64,000 nt of DNA from Dimorphilus gyrociliatus (lineage: Eukaryota; Animalia; Annelida), in contig CAJFCJ010000019.1 in the NCBI GenBank assembly GCA_904063045.1, positions 2,734,684 to 2,798,683 on the forward strand, in the 5' to 3' direction. Numbering within the stretch: the first letter of the stretch is position 1; each line of letters starts with the position of its first letter. The position numbers were made by a program, and so were the translations under genes. The notes beneath the pieces are model-generated. The model searched no databases. It was given only the letters and a program-made list of their open reading frames with translations, and was not told where the DNA came from. Below, one piece after another: positions 61,001-64,000 of the stretch.

Positions 61001-64000
61001 TTACGACGCAACAAACCACAAGGAAAAAAAAGAACAATGAATATCGAAATGAATAGACAAAAAGAAAAGAAAATCAATAAGTCATTCGTCTTTATTTTAT
61101 GAATAGGTGTGTGTTTTCCTTTTTAAGGAATGTAATTAATTCGTCTGCTGATATCTATCTTCTTTTCATTATTGTAACTTGGTAAGCTATTGTATCAACT
61201 GTTTATGTGTACAAACTCCTATCATTTACAATTAGAGAGTAAGTTTATCGAATAACTATCCGTCTTAATCAGTATATAACATATATACATTTTATATGAA
61301 TACACACACATATATATATACTGTATACACCATATAGATTCAGTACATACTCCTTCTATGCTATTCACATTGATATTGTACATTATATATGTATACAATA
61401 TGGAAGTTTTATGTTAGTTTTATACACTTTATTTACATTACACATGCATAAACTTTATAATTGTTCTTGGAACGTCTACAAAAATAAAAGCTAATAATGA
61501 CTCTATTGTGTTGTTAAATTTCTACATTAAAACTTTAATCTATTGTTGATATTTTAATAAAAGAATTTCTATTGATACGAAAACAGAAAATTATTTATAA
61601 ATTACTCGAAACAATCTGTTGTACATATTCATAATTAAACTAATATCGTTGTGAAGCAATGAACTATTGGTTTGTTCATTAATAATTACCTATTTTTTAA
61701 TAAAATCTAAATAAAGAATGTATGCATATTGTATAATAAATTTATTATATATATATATACAGTATATATAATTTACATATTACTATACTTACATGTATTT
61801 CTAATGATAATATGCTTTTATTTTAGAGTATTTCAATGATTTAGCGTTAGAAGAATTACACTATAGAATTTTTATTTAAGCTTACAACATATTGTGAATA
61901 ATCCGCCAAGTGTTCAGATAATTTTAGTATTTTAGATTGAATTTATAAGTATATGCCTGTTACAATCCGTCAATAATCTAGACGTTATAGCAAAAGTGCA
62001 AATGTTTACATAGCGTAATACGAGAAAGTAAAGATTCGGTCATTGAAATCGCCGCTCTCACTTTGCCTCACCTGCCTATACTAAAATGCTATTACATCAT
62101 GAAAGTAACGGCGCTTCTTTTATTTGAATCTAATTAAGTTAGGCAAGGTAAAGTATAAAAGAGATTGATGAAAGCTAAGTCCTGTCGATAAGAATTTTGC
62201 GGTGGCAAGGAATCAATTGTTTGAATAAAGAGACGGTCTTTGTGTCATCAATACAATAAACATTGGTCGATTGTTTGATACAAGAATATCACTCTTGACA
62301 TTTTAGCTACGCAAACAGTTAGACTTTCTCACCCGGCACACGTATAAAATTCATTTTAGATTGCATATTTCTATTATAATACAAAGGGAACCGTAGATAC
62401 CGCTCTAAATATATTCGCTAGTTTTTCAAAGCCTCAATATATAAGTTTTTGTATTTCCTGAAGGAAAACAATCGCAACAAAATACGACTCCTCTTTTCTA
62501 TGTTTTTTCCCCTCTATCCTCTTTCCGTTTAGGGATAATACTTTTATGCCAACGTCAACTTTCTCGTATTTCTTATACTTGGTATTATAGGCAGTCGGAA
62601 GTCGTATCTTGAAAGATACAATAGGCCTATTTTACTAATTAGATTTTGCTTAGAAAAAAGTACAATAAACAAAAATTGGGTGACGCGTATAAAATGTCAC
62701 ATTTTGACCGCGGGCTGTGTAACAGTCCCCAGTCGCTGGTAAAGCCCAAGTCGTCAATTTTCACCTCATTTCCTCCTTCCTTTACATCTTTCGTCCGCCG
62801 TTAATTCGACGCTTTTACGGAGCTCGCCCAATTAATCGCACTGCACTCGAATACTGTCTTCGGAGCGAATGCATCAAAATTTCTTCTTCAACACGCAGTT
62901 TTTACGGTCGAATGGTTTGTAATAGGGTGAGAAATTGTCAAATTAAAGACAAGAAAGAAGGTGACGAAGCATTTCTGATGAACTGTCGAGATCACTGTGA
63001 AGAGTGCTTAAAAAGCGCTTTGCATTGACATCACCACAAGTCGATCAGAGTCCATTTGTTAATGGAAATGTGAAAGAAGCCGGGGGTGACTTCCAGCAAG
63101 ATATATTAACAGGGTGATGATGAGTACATGTTTATAGAAGGTAGACTGTTTATAGCATCACAAACTACGATAGACGTCATCAAGCTGTAATGCCTTAGGC
63201 ACCATCGTTTTGGCAATCTGCTCACATTCGAACGCCGTCGCTTCATCATTTCGTAATCAATGTAATAAATTGCATTTATATTACGTCTAACGAACACTTT
63301 GCTAACGCGTCGGCACGCGCCGAAGCGTCTCCTTTGTTTATTAAAAAGTTCAAAGTGTCAATATAGCTACGCTGGAGGCGTCGATGAAAAATTGACTGTT
63401 ATTTTGACGTATCGTCTTATTAAGATCTTAGTTAGTTAATGCTGATGAATGCTAATATAAGGTACCTCCTCCTCTTTCAATTTAATTACGATTCATTTTC
63501 GTCCCATATATAGGCTATAAGAAATTCGATTGGTCACAAGGTGGCGCTCAAATTAGCGAGTATTTTCGTTCCGACCGGCAGACAGCTGGCGAATGCCGCT
63601 AAGTTTATAACGTAGCAGTTCACTTTTACCAGTTGAATAAAATTTTTTTTAGCTGATTTTTTTTAATCGTTTATTTTAGTAATTCGTTTATAAAATTACG
63701 ACGCAGAAAACGGAGCAGATCTCTTTAGCAATAAAAAGGGAATGAATTTATTGTTATTTCACGACTAATAGTAATTTCCATTAAAGAAGGTAAGAGTACA
63801 ATGAATTGAATTTCGGGTAAACGACACGCCATTAATTGTCGATTTTCTAAACGCTTTTGCTGTTGAACCGTAACAAATATTCGATTGACAGGTCTCATCA
63901 AATACGGATTATATATGTTGCGATTCTTGCTATTCGTTGCCCACAGTTCGACTCTACTGCAATTTATAGAAGGTCGATGGACAATAGCAAATTATGTAGT

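Noticed and set aside
60820-61077. 85-aa ORF with a hydrophobic N-terminus (possible secreted peptide)
   Set aside because: It starts at TTG, the hydrophobic part is a T-rich tract resembling an intron 3' end, and no family motif is recognisable.
9620-61764. Frequent TACAGTA/TACTGTA words embedded in TA tracts (e.g. 9620, 9710, 19543, 22311, 53396, 55261, 61758)
   Set aside because: The 7-mer is expected many times at this base composition; probably microsatellite variants rather than a MITE family. A k-mer enrichment test could reopen it.
1-64000. tRNA, rRNA, conserved miRNA, CRISPR array, transposase or reverse transcriptase
   Set aside because: None recognised by eye; Infernal, tRNAscan-SE and RepeatModeler runs would be needed to exclude them formally.

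Overview
AT-rich (roughly 30% GC by eye), gene-dense eukaryotic DNA with many ~60-nt introns and (TA)n microsatellites. The gene content and compactness fit a small-genome protostome, probably a spiralian such as an annelid (inference). Eight intron-aware gene models can be built by hand, in order: ebony-like NRPS (+), netrin (+), BMP3/GDF10-like ligand (-), FMRFamide-receptor-family GPCR (-), neuregulin/vein-type EGF ligand (+), Pox neuro (-), achaete-scute-related bHLH (-) and a complete T-type calcium channel Cav3 (-). The standout is in Cav3. The domain I pore-loop exon is tandemly duplicated as two 93-nt exons 47 nt apart. One encodes the canonical filter glutamate (SLEGWVD) and the other an alanine (SLAGWVE), implying a spliced EEDD/AEDD selectivity-filter switch on top of the known 12a/12b turret switch in domain II. 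Cav3 also keeps an AT-AC U12-type intron and has two candidate cassette exons. Netrin has two basic micro-exons. A CTCF-like motif recurs across the window. No rRNA, tRNA, CRISPR array or recognisable transposon was found. About 9.5 kb upstream of Cav3 and the 18.4-26 kb interval show no coding sequence I could identify.
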